In this document: piece by piece, positions 32,602-42,582 of the stretch
How positions within the stretch are numbered: the first letter of the stretch is position 1
Layout of the letters: each line of letters opens with the position of its first letter
NCBI GenBank assembly: GCA_963848135.1
Contig: CAWKCK010000005.1
Span: 558,001-622,000 of the forward strand
DNA from: an uncultured delta proteobacterium
Lineage (GTDB): Bacteria > Desulfobacterota > Desulfobacteria > Desulfobacterales > SG8-13
DNA length: 64,000 bases
Reading direction: 5' to 3'
Translations under genes and position numbers: made by a program
The notes under the pieces: model-generated
The model's input: the letters and a program-made list of their open reading frames with translations, nothing else
Told to the model about the DNA's origin: nothing
The model's database searches: none

Positions 32602-33819
32602 TCACCGGCCGTTACCCCGGAGCTTCAAAAAATAGGCCGGTATCGCGCCAGCGGTGATGCAGCATCCGACGATGAGAATCCCCATGCCAAATGAGACGCT
32701 ATCCCCCATGAATCCGATCAACAGAGGAACGGCCCCACCGCCGATCACGAAACCGAGGGGAACGGCCAGGGATACGGCAATGTTACGCGCACCGGGCGGG
32801 CCGATACGGGCCAAAGCCGCAAAACCGGCCGGGAAAAAACACACAGCCGCCATGGGCTGTAAAAACACCGCGACCAGAACCAGCTGGCCGGTTCCAATGC
32901 CCATGATGATCGTTGCCGTGCCGGTCAACAGAAAAACAGCCGTCATAGTTATCCTGGGACCGAAACGGTCTGCCGCCCAACCGCCGGCCAGGGCCATGAA
33001 CAGGCCCGATATGCGCGAGGCAGCTACCACGGAATTGGCCAGACTTCGTTCGATGCCATGATCGGTGACGAGATAGAGCGGCGTCATGGTATACACACCG
33101 AGGGAACTGCTGATCCCCAGCCCGAACAACAAAACCATGATCCAAAATGCCGGTTCGGCGATGAAGCTGTTGATCGCTTCAAGTCCCGGAGCGGTACCGG
33201 AGAATCTGCCGCCACCGCCATAACGGGCATACACAATACCCATCAGAATGGTAATGGCGCCCAGGAAAAGAACGACTGCGCGCCACGAAAACCAAAGCAG
33301 CAAGAGTTCGCAAAGGAGCGGCGCGATCACGAAAGCCAGGTTGGGTGCCATCTCGTGGATGGCGATCGCCCGGCCCCACTGGCGGGGTTCGATAAGATCC
33401 GTGAGGGTGGCAATCCCGGAAGGCAAGTATACGCCCGCCGCCAGCCCCACCGCAAACAAAGCCAACCGGATCGATCCAAGACTGTTGCTGAAGGCGGTGA
33501 ACGCGATGGCCGATCCAAGAACCACCGTGGAAAGAATGATCGTTTTCCGGTGGTTGAGCCTGGCTGCAATCCAACCAGAGCCGATCAATGCGATGAAATA
33601 GCCGCTGGATATCATGAAAAAGAGAGAGCCGGCTGCACGGTGGCTGAGGCCGAGATCAGCTTCGATCTCGGGCATAAGGGGTGCAATGACGACCCTTGCA
33701 TTGAAATTCAAGAAGAATATGGTTGTCAGCAGCAGTAGCGGGCCGATTCCGCGTCGCAGAGTTCGCGCGTCATCGGTAGAAGGGCGCATGCCTGGATTTT
33801 GTTGGTCGTCTGTTTTCAA
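32602..33819 (-). CDS. MFS transporter
   Basis: About 12 hydrophobic segments; GWAADRFGPR. Confidence 0.88.
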   Translation of the reverse strand: MKTDDQQNPGMRPSTDDARTLRRGIGPLLLLTTIFFLNFNARVVIAPLMPEIEADLGLSHRAAGSLFFMISSGYFIALIGSGWIAARLNHRKTIILSTVVLGSAIAFTAFSNSLGSIRLALFAVGLAAGVYLPSGIATLTDLIEPRQWGRAIAIHEMAPNLAFVIAPLLCELLLLWFSWRAVVLFLGAITILMGIVYARYGGGGRFSGTAPGLEAINSFIAEPAFWIMVLLFGLGISSSLGVYTMTPLYLVTDHGIERSLANSVVAASRISGLFMALAGGWAADRFGPRITMTAVFLLTGTATIIMGIGTGQLVLVAVFLQPMAAVCFFPAGFAALARIGPPGARNIAVSLAVPLGFVIGGGAVPLLIGFMGDSVSFGMGILIVGCCITAGAIPAYFLKLRGNGR

Positions 33820-34190
33820 AAATAATTAGTGCCCAACCACGAGTCATTAAAGGCAACACAGATAGAATTCAACTTAATTGATGCATAATACGATTGTTAG
33901 AGACCAGTTATGGCACTTAAACTGGGAACCGTGAACCTTCAACCGCTCAACCAAGGTAAATAGAAGGCGCAATATCTGGCCATCCCGCTCAACGGCTTGA
34001 ATCAAAAGCACACCGTACGGCACATTCCTGACTCATACATCATTTTTCGCTTTTATCCCCGCCATTTTTATGTCACACCAGGAAAACCTTTTTAGAAGGA
34101 ACGGCGGCATGACCGAACCACGATACCCTTCCCGCACAGGTCAAAAGATATCCCGGCGGATCGCGAACCGGGGTTTCGCGCATTAGATGC

Positions 34191-35105
34191 ATGGAACATA
34201 CAGTGAACACCACCATGGAAAACGATCAAAAGACAAAGGGTAAAATCCAAATGGATGCCGCCGTCGCCGGGCCCCTTTTCATGCTATCGGCGGCCCTCTT
34301 GTACACTTTGCTCAATATCCTCGTCAAGCTGCTGGACCCGCAATATCGGGTTTGGGATATCGGCTTCTATCGATTCTTCGGCGGTGCCGTGGTTCTTCTG
34401 GCGGTATTTGGGCGTCACCGTAACCCTTTCAGGGGCAACAATACGCATCTACTCATCATTAGAGGATGCACCGGATCAGTTGCGTTCGTCAGCCTCGTCA
34501 CGGCAATACGGCTGTTGCCGGTCTCCACGGCGCTGGTCATCTTTTATTCATACCCCATATTTTCAGCCCTTTTTTCCTACCTGATCTACGGCGAACGGAT
34601 GGGGAGACTTGAGATCGCCTGCACGGTGGTGGTTTTGATCGGTGTCGGCATCCTGTTTGATTTCAAGCTGGACGGCGGACTCCTCGGACAAATCGTGGCC
34701 CTTGTAGGCGGGGTGTTTGCTGGAATCACCGTAACGCTGATCCGCACTCTGAGAGAAAACAACGGCCCGGTGATTATCTATCTCTACTTCTGTACTATGG
34801 GCAGCCTGGTGACATCTCCCATGTTCTTTCATCACCCGGTCCTGCCAGGCACTGCAGTCGAGTGGGTCATGATTCTGGGAATTATCCTTACGTCAGTTTC
34901 GGCTCAACTGCTGATGAATCAGGGTTTTTTCTATTGTCGGGGATGGGAAGGCGGGGTTTTCATGTCCAGCGAGGTGGTTTTCACCGCTGTAATCGGCATC
35001 GTATTTCTGGGGGATCCGGCGAGTTGGCGGTTCTGGGCGGGTGGGCTCATGATTCTGGCAAGCGGCGTCACTTTGAACCGTCTGAAGGCCAACCAACGCA
35101 ATTAG
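34191..35105 (+). CDS. DMT/EamA family transporter (start may be a later Met)
   Basis: Ten hydrophobic segments in two repeats; YSYPIFSALFSYLIYGER. Confidence 0.88.
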   Translation: MEHTVNTTMENDQKTKGKIQMDAAVAGPLFMLSAALLYTLLNILVKLLDPQYRVWDIGFYRFFGGAVVLLAVFGRHRNPFRGNNTHLLIIRGCTGSVAFVSLVTAIRLLPVSTALVIFYSYPIFSALFSYLIYGERMGRLEIACTVVVLIGVGILFDFKLDGGLLGQIVALVGGVFAGITVTLIRTLRENNGPVIIYLYFCTMGSLVTSPMFFHHPVLPGTAVEWVMILGIILTSVSAQLLMNQGFFYCRGWEGGVFMSSEVVFTAVIGIVFLGDPASWRFWAGGLMILASGVTLNRLKANQRN

Positions 35106-35170
35106 ATTCGCTGAGCTAAGGATCTTAGATTGGCCGCATCGCGCTCAAACGCCAGCCTCGCCTCCGTGGG

Positions 35171-35551
35171 TCACGCTTTCCAGGATGGGAAAAAGATACC
35201 GCCCGAATTATAAATCAACTGCTGCAATTGATCCCGGTCGAGAGGATTCTTGCGAACGAAATCTCGTACGTAGTGCGGCAGATCACCCCCCAGAAGGTAA
35301 TCCCTGAAATCCTTTTCGACCCGAGGCCCGGTGGCGGTCCAAAAACCGGCCGCTTTTTGGAATAATTCGAATTCGCTGCAACCGTGCAGCCTGGCCAGAT
35401 GGAGAAGGCATTCTTCAGCGCTGAGTGTGCGGGTCCGGGCCAAGCGTTGTTCGGAAATCCGCTTGATGACCACATAGGCCATAATCATGAAGATGAAAAA
35501 GGCTGTTTCCATTTTTTGTCCCGGCTTTCGGTTGAGGGAGTGCCCGGTCAC
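35171..35551 (-). CDS. Hypothetical protein with N-terminal hydrophobic anchor
   Basis: GTGA overlap with upstream gene; FFIFMIMAYVVI segment. Confidence 0.65.
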   Translation of the reverse strand: MTGHSLNRKPGQKMETAFFIFMIMAYVVIKRISEQRLARTRTLSAEECLLHLARLHGCSEFELFQKAAGFWTATGPRVEKDFRDYLLGGDLPHYVRDFVRKNPLDRDQLQQLIYNSGGIFFPSWKA

Positions 35552-35796
35552 GGCTCCCCTTTAGCGGTACTCTCGGTGACTGCAAAGCCCTCGGGTGTCA
35601 GAAAAGCGGCGGTCTCTAAAGCGTCCATATCGACCAGACCATCGGTAAACAGATCCTTCACCGCCGCAACCGTCTCGCTGGGCGCTTGGGCCAGGACGGC
35701 CACGATATCGCTAATGTCCATTATCCCCGGCGGTCCACTGTGGATCCACTCCTTGGCCAAAAGAGCCAGGACACGCTCTCGTGCAGGTGTCGTCAT
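35548..35796 (-). CDS. Small hypothetical protein, possibly winged-helix
   Basis: L..GLV...LTPEG pattern; coupled to the downstream ORF. Confidence 0.6.
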   Translation of the reverse strand: MTTPARERVLALLAKEWIHSGPPGIMDISDIVAVLAQAPSETVAAVKDLFTDGLVDMDALETAAFLTPEGFAVTESTAKGEP

Positions 35797-35987
35797 TTAA
35801 TGGCCCACTTTCCGAACGGCCCTGCTGAAGCAGCGGGAGATAGGGTTCTAGCCGCTCATAAAATAAGTATAACACCAAAGAATGGCATGTAAACATACAA
35901 CTGGGAAACGACCGGTATCGCCTCTGAAGGTCTGATTGAAAGTATCGGTTAACAGTGTTGTAACATCCAATGTGCTTAAGACCACGT

Positions 35988-36103
35988 AATTGTAAGCGTT
36001 TACAAGGTGCCGCGGATGCAAGGCGTCGGGCGCGTAGACGTACTATTGTACTTCAAGTGCCCGACAACAAAGCAGATGCGGTGCCCTGTGAATGCTTACG
36101 ATT
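35988..36103 (+). repeat. 116-nt structured palindromic element (REP/MITE-like or ncRNA)
   Basis: 26-bp outer stem with five G-U pairs and one mismatch; inner stems GTCGGGCGC/GTGCCCGAC and GTAC/GTAC. Confidence 0.7.
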
Positions 36104-36125
36104 GAAAAGGTATATTGAACCGGAA

Positions 36126-36518
36126 TCAACCGCGATCGACCACGGCATCAGCCTCGATTTCGACCAGCCATTCGGGTTCGATGAAACGCGACACTTGCAC
36201 GATGGTGCTGGCCGGGCGGATATCACGAAAATATTCACCGTGAACACGGGCTGCCGCCTCCCAGTCCTCTATCCGTATAAGCATGATCCGTGTTCGAACG
36301 ATGTCGTTTAAATCAGCACCGGCCTTTTCCAAAGCGGCTTGAATGATTTCGAAGCATCTCCGCGTTTGGCCGGCAGGATCCCCTGGTGCTGCCGTCTTTC
36401 CATCAATGCCGATCGGGGCGGTTCCGCCCACCGACACGTGGTTTCCGACCCTAACGGCCCGCGAAAAGCCGATCACCGGTTCATAATGGCTGCCACTGGA
36501 TACGAGCTGACGTGACAT
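36126..36518 (-). CDS. RidA/YjgF/UK114 family protein
   Basis: GFSRAVRVG, RPAST, LVEIEADA. Confidence 0.92.
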   Translation of the reverse strand: MSRQLVSSGSHYEPVIGFSRAVRVGNHVSVGGTAPIGIDGKTAAPGDPAGQTRRCFEIIQAALEKAGADLNDIVRTRIMLIRIEDWEAAARVHGEYFRDIRPASTIVQVSRFIEPEWLVEIEADAVVDRG

Positions 36519-36665
36519 TGTATCCTCCTTTCTGATCATGCGACCTCAAACCGAATTTTACCACCCGTTTATTTTTCTTTCGGTTTAACGTAAGTATAAG
36601 CACGATACGGTACAATAATCGGAAATTATTTTTGATAAGCGCAGACACCAGGAAAGGAGGCGCTC

Positions 36666-37616
36666 ATGACGCGAACCCCGCCGATCATTTTGGCGGCCGT
36701 GCTGCTGGCATTGATCAGTGCGTTTAGCCACCAGCCTTTGGCGGCATCGGATGGAACCCGGTTTTTCTTCAGCGGAGACGGGCAGATCAATCTGTATGGT
36801 AAAAAGTCCGGTAAATCGTTTACTGGACGGTACCGCCACGGGCGGGCGTACGATCCTGCAGCCGTGGCAGCCATCAATCGTGTGTTCGGTGCCCCGCACG
36901 GTCAGGGCCAAAACGAAATGTCCCTGCGCCTGATCGAATTTCTCGATCTGCTCCAGGACCGCCTCGCCCCTGGTGGTCGGATCACTATCACCTCGGGATA
37001 TCGCAACCCGACATACAATACCGCATTGCGTGACCAGGGCAAATTAGCCGCAAAAGCCAGCCTTCATCAATACGGAATGGCAGCCGACTTGATAATGGAA
37101 GGCGTGCCAGCCAAGCGCATCTGGGAGTACGTCAAAGCGCTCGGATTCGGAGGAACCGGTTATTACCATGGCCAAACCGTTCACATCGATGTTGGTCCGG
37201 CCCGCTCCTGGGACGAAAAGACCTCAGGGGTGGGAACGGGAATCTCCGAAGACAATAAGCTGATCGGAATTGTAACGGACTTCGACCGCTACCGGTCAGG
37301 GGAAGCCATCACCCTGCGATTCACCCGTATGACCGCTTTTCCCGTCGGTGTGACGCCAGAGTTTGACGTCATCCACCGGAACGATAGTGGGAATTCGGAA
37401 ACGAAAGTCACTCGATTTATACCCACCTTTGCGGTGTCAACCGAAGGGGAGTGTCCCCGGTTCTTCGACATCGACCAGATGGCGCATATTCAATGGAACA
37501 TCCCGGCGGATCTGACCCCGGGACGCTACACGATCCGCACCCGGTTCTGCGGAAACCAGTGGAACGCAATGCCAAGAGATATCACGACACCGGAATTCGA
37601 AATAATCCGGCCCTGA
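36666..37616 (+). CDS. Secreted YcbK/peptidase M15-type protein with C-terminal extension
   Basis: Signal peptide; SGYR, SLHQYGMAAD, VHID. Confidence 0.85.
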   Translation: MTRTPPIILAAVLLALISAFSHQPLAASDGTRFFFSGDGQINLYGKKSGKSFTGRYRHGRAYDPAAVAAINRVFGAPHGQGQNEMSLRLIEFLDLLQDRLAPGGRITITSGYRNPTYNTALRDQGKLAAKASLHQYGMAADLIMEGVPAKRIWEYVKALGFGGTGYYHGQTVHIDVGPARSWDEKTSGVGTGISEDNKLIGIVTDFDRYRSGEAITLRFTRMTAFPVGVTPEFDVIHRNDSGNSETKVTRFIPTFAVSTEGECPRFFDIDQMAHIQWNIPADLTPGRYTIRTRFCGNQWNAMPRDITTPEFEIIRP

Positions 37617-37684
37617 AAACACAAAAGAGGTTCTCTGAATATCGGAAGGCGTCATGTCCTAATATATTCGTTTTTAGAATCGAA

Positions 37685-37701
37685 CTGGAATGAATTTTGC
37701 T
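37685..37701 (+). promoter_or_regulatory. Sigma-54 promoter of the lytic transglycosylase gene
   Basis: CTGGAATGAATTTTGCT fits GG-N10-GC. Confidence 0.6.
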
Positions 37702-37735
37702 TAGTATGTAAAGATAAACCTTTAAGGAGGATGCC

Positions 37736-38548
37736 GTGCTAAGCAAAAGCGCCATGACGATACGAGACTATCTTGCGCGTCTGGATCCGATCAAAGACCT
37801 CTCGCGACGTGCCAAAACCTCCTCGCTGCGCCCGGACGCCGCCAACGATCCCTTTTCGCGGTTGTTGACATCCACAATAGCCCGCGACACCGGCAATACT
37901 GGAAATGGTGCTGGTGGATTAACGGCAGTGGATTACCTGACCAACCCGATACCCTCACCCCGTTATGGTCAATGGAAAGTGTGTCGCAATTCTACACCGC
38001 CCGCCCGCTCGGATGCGATAACCGCGGATACACAGGAAAAACCTACCCAACACCCGTCATCTGCTGCAGTACCAGAAGTCGATCCCGCTTGCGGGACGCC
38101 GTTCGCAGGAACAGCATCTCGACCCAGGCATAACCGCATATCTTTAATTCGAAATGATAATGCAGCCCAAACTATCGATAGCTGCATCAGAGAATCCGCT
38201 GAAAAATACGGTATGGCACCTGAATTGATCAGAGCCGTGGTCAAGGCCGAATCGAACTTTAAGATTGATGCAGTGTCTGTCGCCGGGGCCCAGGGCCTGA
38301 TGCAACTGATGCCGGCCACAGCCAAGGAACTGGGAGTGGACAACCCCTTCGATATCCGTCAGAACATTGACGGCGGAACCCGTTACCTGCGCCAAATGCT
38401 CGATCAGTTTGGCGGTGACATTCGAATGGCCCTATCCGCATACAACGCCGGACCAGGTAATGTCATAAAATATAAGGGTGATGTTCCCTTCCCCGAAACC
38501 CAGCGCTACGTCTCCCGCATTCTCAACACTGTAAGACGCACCGTTTGA
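37736..38548 (+). CDS. Lytic transglycosylase (SLT domain)
   Basis: AESNF, GAQGLMQLMP, AYNAG, ETQRYV. Confidence 0.92.
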   Translation: MLSKSAMTIRDYLARLDPIKDLSRRAKTSSLRPDAANDPFSRLLTSTIARDTGNTGNGAGGLTAVDYLTNPIPSPRYGQWKVCRNSTPPARSDAITADTQEKPTQHPSSAAVPEVDPACGTPFAGTASRPRHNRISLIRNDNAAQTIDSCIRESAEKYGMAPELIRAVVKAESNFKIDAVSVAGAQGLMQLMPATAKELGVDNPFDIRQNIDGGTRYLRQMLDQFGGDIRMALSAYNAGPGNVIKYKGDVPFPETQRYVSRILNTVRRTV

Positions 38549-38840
38549 GTGGAAAGAGGAAAAAATGACCGGAATAGGGAAAAATCTTCCTAATTTCAGC
38601 CAATTCCTCGCGCCTGACGATCTCAAACATTACATTCCTCCCCTCAGTTAATATAGCTGGTCAACACATGTGTCGCTTCTTGCCTGTCGCCGATATCGCA
38701 AGGAAAGAATTACAAGCATATGCTCATAAACTTGTCGATCCCTTCGCTTAAAAAACGAAGGATTGCTATTGACCTATGATGATGTTAAACGCCATATCGT
38801 TTTGGTGTATCAGCAGGCGGGAAATCCAGGAGATCAGTCG

Positions 38841-39632
38841 ATGAAAATATTTGACAGTCACTGCCACCTTGATGATCAGGCTTACGATAAGGACCGGCCG
38901 GCAGTCTTGGACCGTGCCCACAATGCTGGCGTCGTCGCAATGATGACCGTTGGCACGGACCGCAACAGCTCCCACAAAGCGATCCGGATAGCAGAAGAAT
39001 TTCCTGGTTGCCATGCCTCGATCGGAATCCACCCGCATGATGCCAAAGATTGCACTGAAACCTTACTCGAGGAGATGAAGAAACTTGCGCACCACGATAA
39101 GGTCCGCGCCTGGGGGGAAATTGGCCTCGATTTCAACCGCATGTATTCACCACGCGGAATTCAGGAGAAATGGTTTGTCCGCCAACTGGAATTGGCTCAA
39201 GACATGAAACTTCCCCTGATATTCCATGAAAGAGACAGTGGTGGTCGCTTCCTCGATCTTCTGCGCGAACTCGCAGGGCCAGAAATGAAAGGGGTGATTC
39301 ATTGCTTCAGCGGCAATCCTGACGAACTCTTCCAGTATCTTGATTGTGGATTGTTTATTGGAATCACCGGAATTCTGACGATGAAAAAGCGCGGCGCCGA
39401 CCTGCGGAAGATGATTCAGACCGTTCCGGCCGAAAGACTCCTGGTGGAAACCGATGCACCCTATCTCACACCAGCTCCAGAAAAAAATCACACCCGCCGC
39501 AATGAACCCGCTTTTGTCCGGACGGTGCTGCTGAAACTTGCCGAAGTCCGCGAAGAAGACGCCGAGAGACTGGCAGAAACAATCTGGAGCAATACCTGTC
39601 AACTTTACGGTATCACTGGCAATGCTCTATAA
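38841..39632 (+). CDS. tatD: TatD family nuclease
   Basis: DSHCHL, GIHPH, GEIGLD, HCF, ETDAPYL. Confidence 0.92.
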   Translation: MKIFDSHCHLDDQAYDKDRPAVLDRAHNAGVVAMMTVGTDRNSSHKAIRIAEEFPGCHASIGIHPHDAKDCTETLLEEMKKLAHHDKVRAWGEIGLDFNRMYSPRGIQEKWFVRQLELAQDMKLPLIFHERDSGGRFLDLLRELAGPEMKGVIHCFSGNPDELFQYLDCGLFIGITGILTMKKRGADLRKMIQTVPAERLLVETDAPYLTPAPEKNHTRRNEPAFVRTVLLKLAEVREEDAERLAETIWSNTCQLYGITGNAL

Positions 39633-39963
39633 CGCCGTTTGCGTTGCGGCCGGTGGAGATATAGCGGATATTAGCGAAGCCGCCGATCTTGTTCTTCGGC
39701 TACCGGAAGACGAACTGGAGATAGGGCGTTCAAATAACGTGTAATTTCATGCCAATTGGATCGATTGGAAGCCCGGGTCTGGGCAAATCTCTCCCAAGCA
39801 CAAAACTGGATTTCGGCAAGCAGGTTGTCTGCACATAACACTTGGAATTTTATCGATTATGGCGATAGCGGTGACTTTTTCTTTTTTCTTACCTGTGGTA
39901 TCATAATTACCTTGAATTGATGGATCATCATCCCCGGCGGCCGTCTGGAAGAAGGAGACCGAA

Positions 39964-40365
39964 ATGGACGCGGAAGTCCTTGAAAGCTTGTTTACGGAAA
40001 ACATTCTGACCCATTTGTTTCCGGAAAAAAAAGCAGACCTATTTTTCGAAACCATGTTCGGAGATAGCTCTGAAGGGGCTTACAACATTGCGCTGTCCTT
40101 CGAGGGACTGAAAAACAATACGCTCGAATTTCATTTCAACCTTCACCGCCGTCCGGATAGGTGCCTGGCGTGCAATCTCACTTACGGTCTTCCACACGTA
40201 TTTTCCAGGCATCCCGTTATCGATGCTCAGGGTCTGGTAAATGACATCGAAAAGATTCTCAATGGAATGGCAAAATGCAAAGAGTGGGACCTGCACGAAA
40301 CCCGTGAAATCTCAAACGATCTTCATGTCATTCCACTTACCATCAAGATACAACCTACCGCATAA
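39964..40365 (+). CDS. Hypothetical protein with CLACNLTYGLP motif
   Basis: AAGGAG RBS; 133 aa. Confidence 0.8.
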   Translation: MDAEVLESLFTENILTHLFPEKKADLFFETMFGDSSEGAYNIALSFEGLKNNTLEFHFNLHRRPDRCLACNLTYGLPHVFSRHPVIDAQGLVNDIEKILNGMAKCKEWDLHETREISNDLHVIPLTIKIQPTA

Positions 40366-40809
40366 GTCCCGTCCGTTCGTTAACCCCACATCCTGATATT
40401 TCTACTGGTGGAATTGTTGTTGTGGTTGTAGAAAAAGGTCCCCTTATTCGAACGTTTATTTCGAAGCCCACTTATGGCACAGTTCCGTTTTTCAATATTT
40501 ATTTTGAAAAGCAGTATGGATAATTCTCAGCTCCAGGCAATCCAGGATTTTATGAGCATCAAGGTGCGCCACCCCCCATTTATCAACATATTGTTATAAT
40601 GTTTAATTCCACCTCTCGTTCACCCATACGAACGATTTTCGAACAATTATCGAAAAAAAATTAATGTGTACTTAAAAAAAGATTGACCTACTACATCTTG
40701 TGTAATATAAATTCCTTAGATACAAAATAGGCAGTACTTAAAATGGTATTTTTAACGGAAGCAGGCAGGAAAATGTTGCTTATCAATAACAATTACATGG
40801 GGGGAAACA

Positions 40810-41622
40810 ATGGCGACCGCAAAGAAAAAACCATCGACTAAGAAAACTGCCGCTAAAAAGACCGCAACTGCAAAAAAGGTGGCTGCGAAAAAAACGGCCG
40901 TCAAGAAAGCTGCGACTGTGAAAAAGGCCGCCCCTAAAAAGGCTGCTGTGAAAAAAACAGCCGCTAAGAAAGCTGCTCCCAAAAAGGCTGCCGCCAAAAA
41001 AACAGCTGTCAAGAAAGCTGCGACTGTGAAAAAAGCCGCCCCTAAGAAGGCTGCTGCGAAAAAAACAGCCGCTAAGAAAGCTGCTCCCAAAAAGGCTGCC
41101 GCCAAAAAAACAGCCGTCAAGAAAGCTGCGACTGTGAAAAAAGCTGCCCCTAAGAAGGCTGCTGCGAAAAAAACAGCCGCTAAGAAAGCTGCTCCCAAAA
41201 AGGCTGCCGCCAAAAAAACAGCCGTCAAGAAAGCTGCGACTGTGAAAAAAGCTGCCCCTAAGAAGGCTGCTGCGAAAAAAACAGCCGCTAAGAAAGCTGC
41301 TCCCAAAAAGGCTGCCGCCAAAAAAACAGCCGTCAAGAAAGCTGCGACTGTGAAAAAAGCTGCCCCTAAGAAGGCTGCTGCGAAAAAAACAGCCGCTAAG
41401 AAAGCTGCTCCCAAAAAGGCTGCCGCCAAAAAAACAGCCGTCAAGAAAGCTGCGACTGTGAAAAAAGCTGCCCCTAAAAAGGCTGCTGCGAAAAAAACAG
41501 CCGCTAAGAAAGCTGCTCCCAAAAAGGCTGCCGCCAAAAAAACGGTTGCCAGGAAAACTGTTACAAGAAAAACGACTAAAAAAAGAGCACCGGCGACAAT
41601 GGCCGCAGCTGCTAAAAAATAG
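40810..41622 (+). CDS. Histone H1-like Lys/Ala-rich DNA-binding protein (Hc2-like)
   Basis: 270 aa almost entirely K/A/T/P/V; GGGGGA RBS; TTGACC-17-TATAAA upstream. Confidence 0.88.
   Translation: MATAKKKPSTKKTAAKKTATAKKVAAKKTAVKKAATVKKAAPKKAAVKKTAAKKAAPKKAAAKKTAVKKAATVKKAAPKKAAAKKTAAKKAAPKKAAAKKTAVKKAATVKKAAPKKAAAKKTAAKKAAPKKAAAKKTAVKKAATVKKAAPKKAAAKKTAAKKAAPKKAAAKKTAVKKAATVKKAAPKKAAAKKTAAKKAAPKKAAAKKTAVKKAATVKKAAPKKAAAKKTAAKKAAPKKAAAKKTVARKTVTRKTTKKRAPATMAAAAKK
40888..41535 (+). repeat. Intragenic tandem repeat, 6 x 108 bp
   Basis: GTCAAGAAAGCTGCGACTGTG recurs at 40900, 41008, 41116, 41224, 41332, 41440. Confidence 0.95.
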
Positions 41623-41785
41623 ATCCGGCAGAAGCTCTTTCTCTTACGATTTCATATGGCGAAGATGGCAGGGATCATTGGTGATATTGCCAGATGATCA
41701 GGGTCTTAATTTCGTTTCATCTAACACAAGTCAAGCGACCACCTGCCCCCATATGAGAAAACGAAACCGCGCCCAAGAAACACCT

Positions 41786-42178
41786 TTACAAAGGGCTCGG
41801 ATCGATCCCCATAACATGCTTCTGATGAAACACCCGGATGAGATCCCTGCGGAATCTAACATTGTCCTGGTGCTCTCCCCGAAATTTAATCCCGCTCCAA
41901 TAGCACCCATCTTCTACCTTTTTTGAGAAAATCACTTTCCCAACGATTTCTATGGCCTTGTTCTCCATGTCAGTCGAAACGAGAAGAATATCGGTTGACC
42001 TTAGAGACTTGTCGGTTTCCAAAAGGATACCCGACTGGCTGACATTCAGCGCACTCCCAATCCCCTGGCCGATTTGAGTCCCGTCCTCGTCGACAAGTAC
42101 ATAGGTTATGGGATTATTGGTCGGTACCCTTCGGTACCTTCTTCTGTCCGACCTGGTTTTCTCCGTGGGTGTACTCAT
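41786..42178 (-). CDS. Stand-alone PilZ domain protein
   Basis: RRYRR (RxxxR) and NVSQSG (D/NxSxxG) motifs. Confidence 0.85.
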   Translation of the reverse strand: MSTPTEKTRSDRRRYRRVPTNNPITYVLVDEDGTQIGQGIGSALNVSQSGILLETDKSLRSTDILLVSTDMENKAIEIVGKVIFSKKVEDGCYWSGIKFRGEHQDNVRFRRDLIRVFHQKHVMGIDPSPL

Positions 42179-42582
42179 GCCATCCGTCCGTATTGATATT
42201 AAAAACAAAACTGGACGTATATTACCAGAATACGCAAACACTATTCAACAATTCAATAGCCGATACCCCCAAGGACGGACAGTCTCATAAAGAGTTCACA
42301 AATTATATGCTAAAGTATTGAAAACCCCACAGGAATGATGATGTTAAAGCTGAGCAAGGGATCGGGAATCAGCATAAAGCTCTTGCCGTAACCGTGATGC
42401 TTAATCCTATTTCCGTTTCCTTGCTTTTCCAATCGCCAGCCGGCCCCGTCTACTTAACCAATCTCCCCAACCCGAATATTTCACGAAATCTTTTCGCCAT
42501 TATGAGTAAATTAATTTAATTTTAGATACTTGACATGGATGCAGTCTTCTTCAAAATTAATAATTCATATCAGAATGTTAAG

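Noticed and set aside
32417..32605. 62-aa ORF as a precursor peptide for the ATP-grasp enzyme
   Set aside because: No RBS and no leader or core motif
40888..41535. 108-bp repeats as a CRISPR array
   Set aside because: No unique spacers, in-frame coding repeats, no cas genes
40752..41537. 261-aa hydrophobic repeat ORF on the minus strand
   Set aside because: Antisense mirror of the Lys/Ala repeat gene, which has the promoter and RBS
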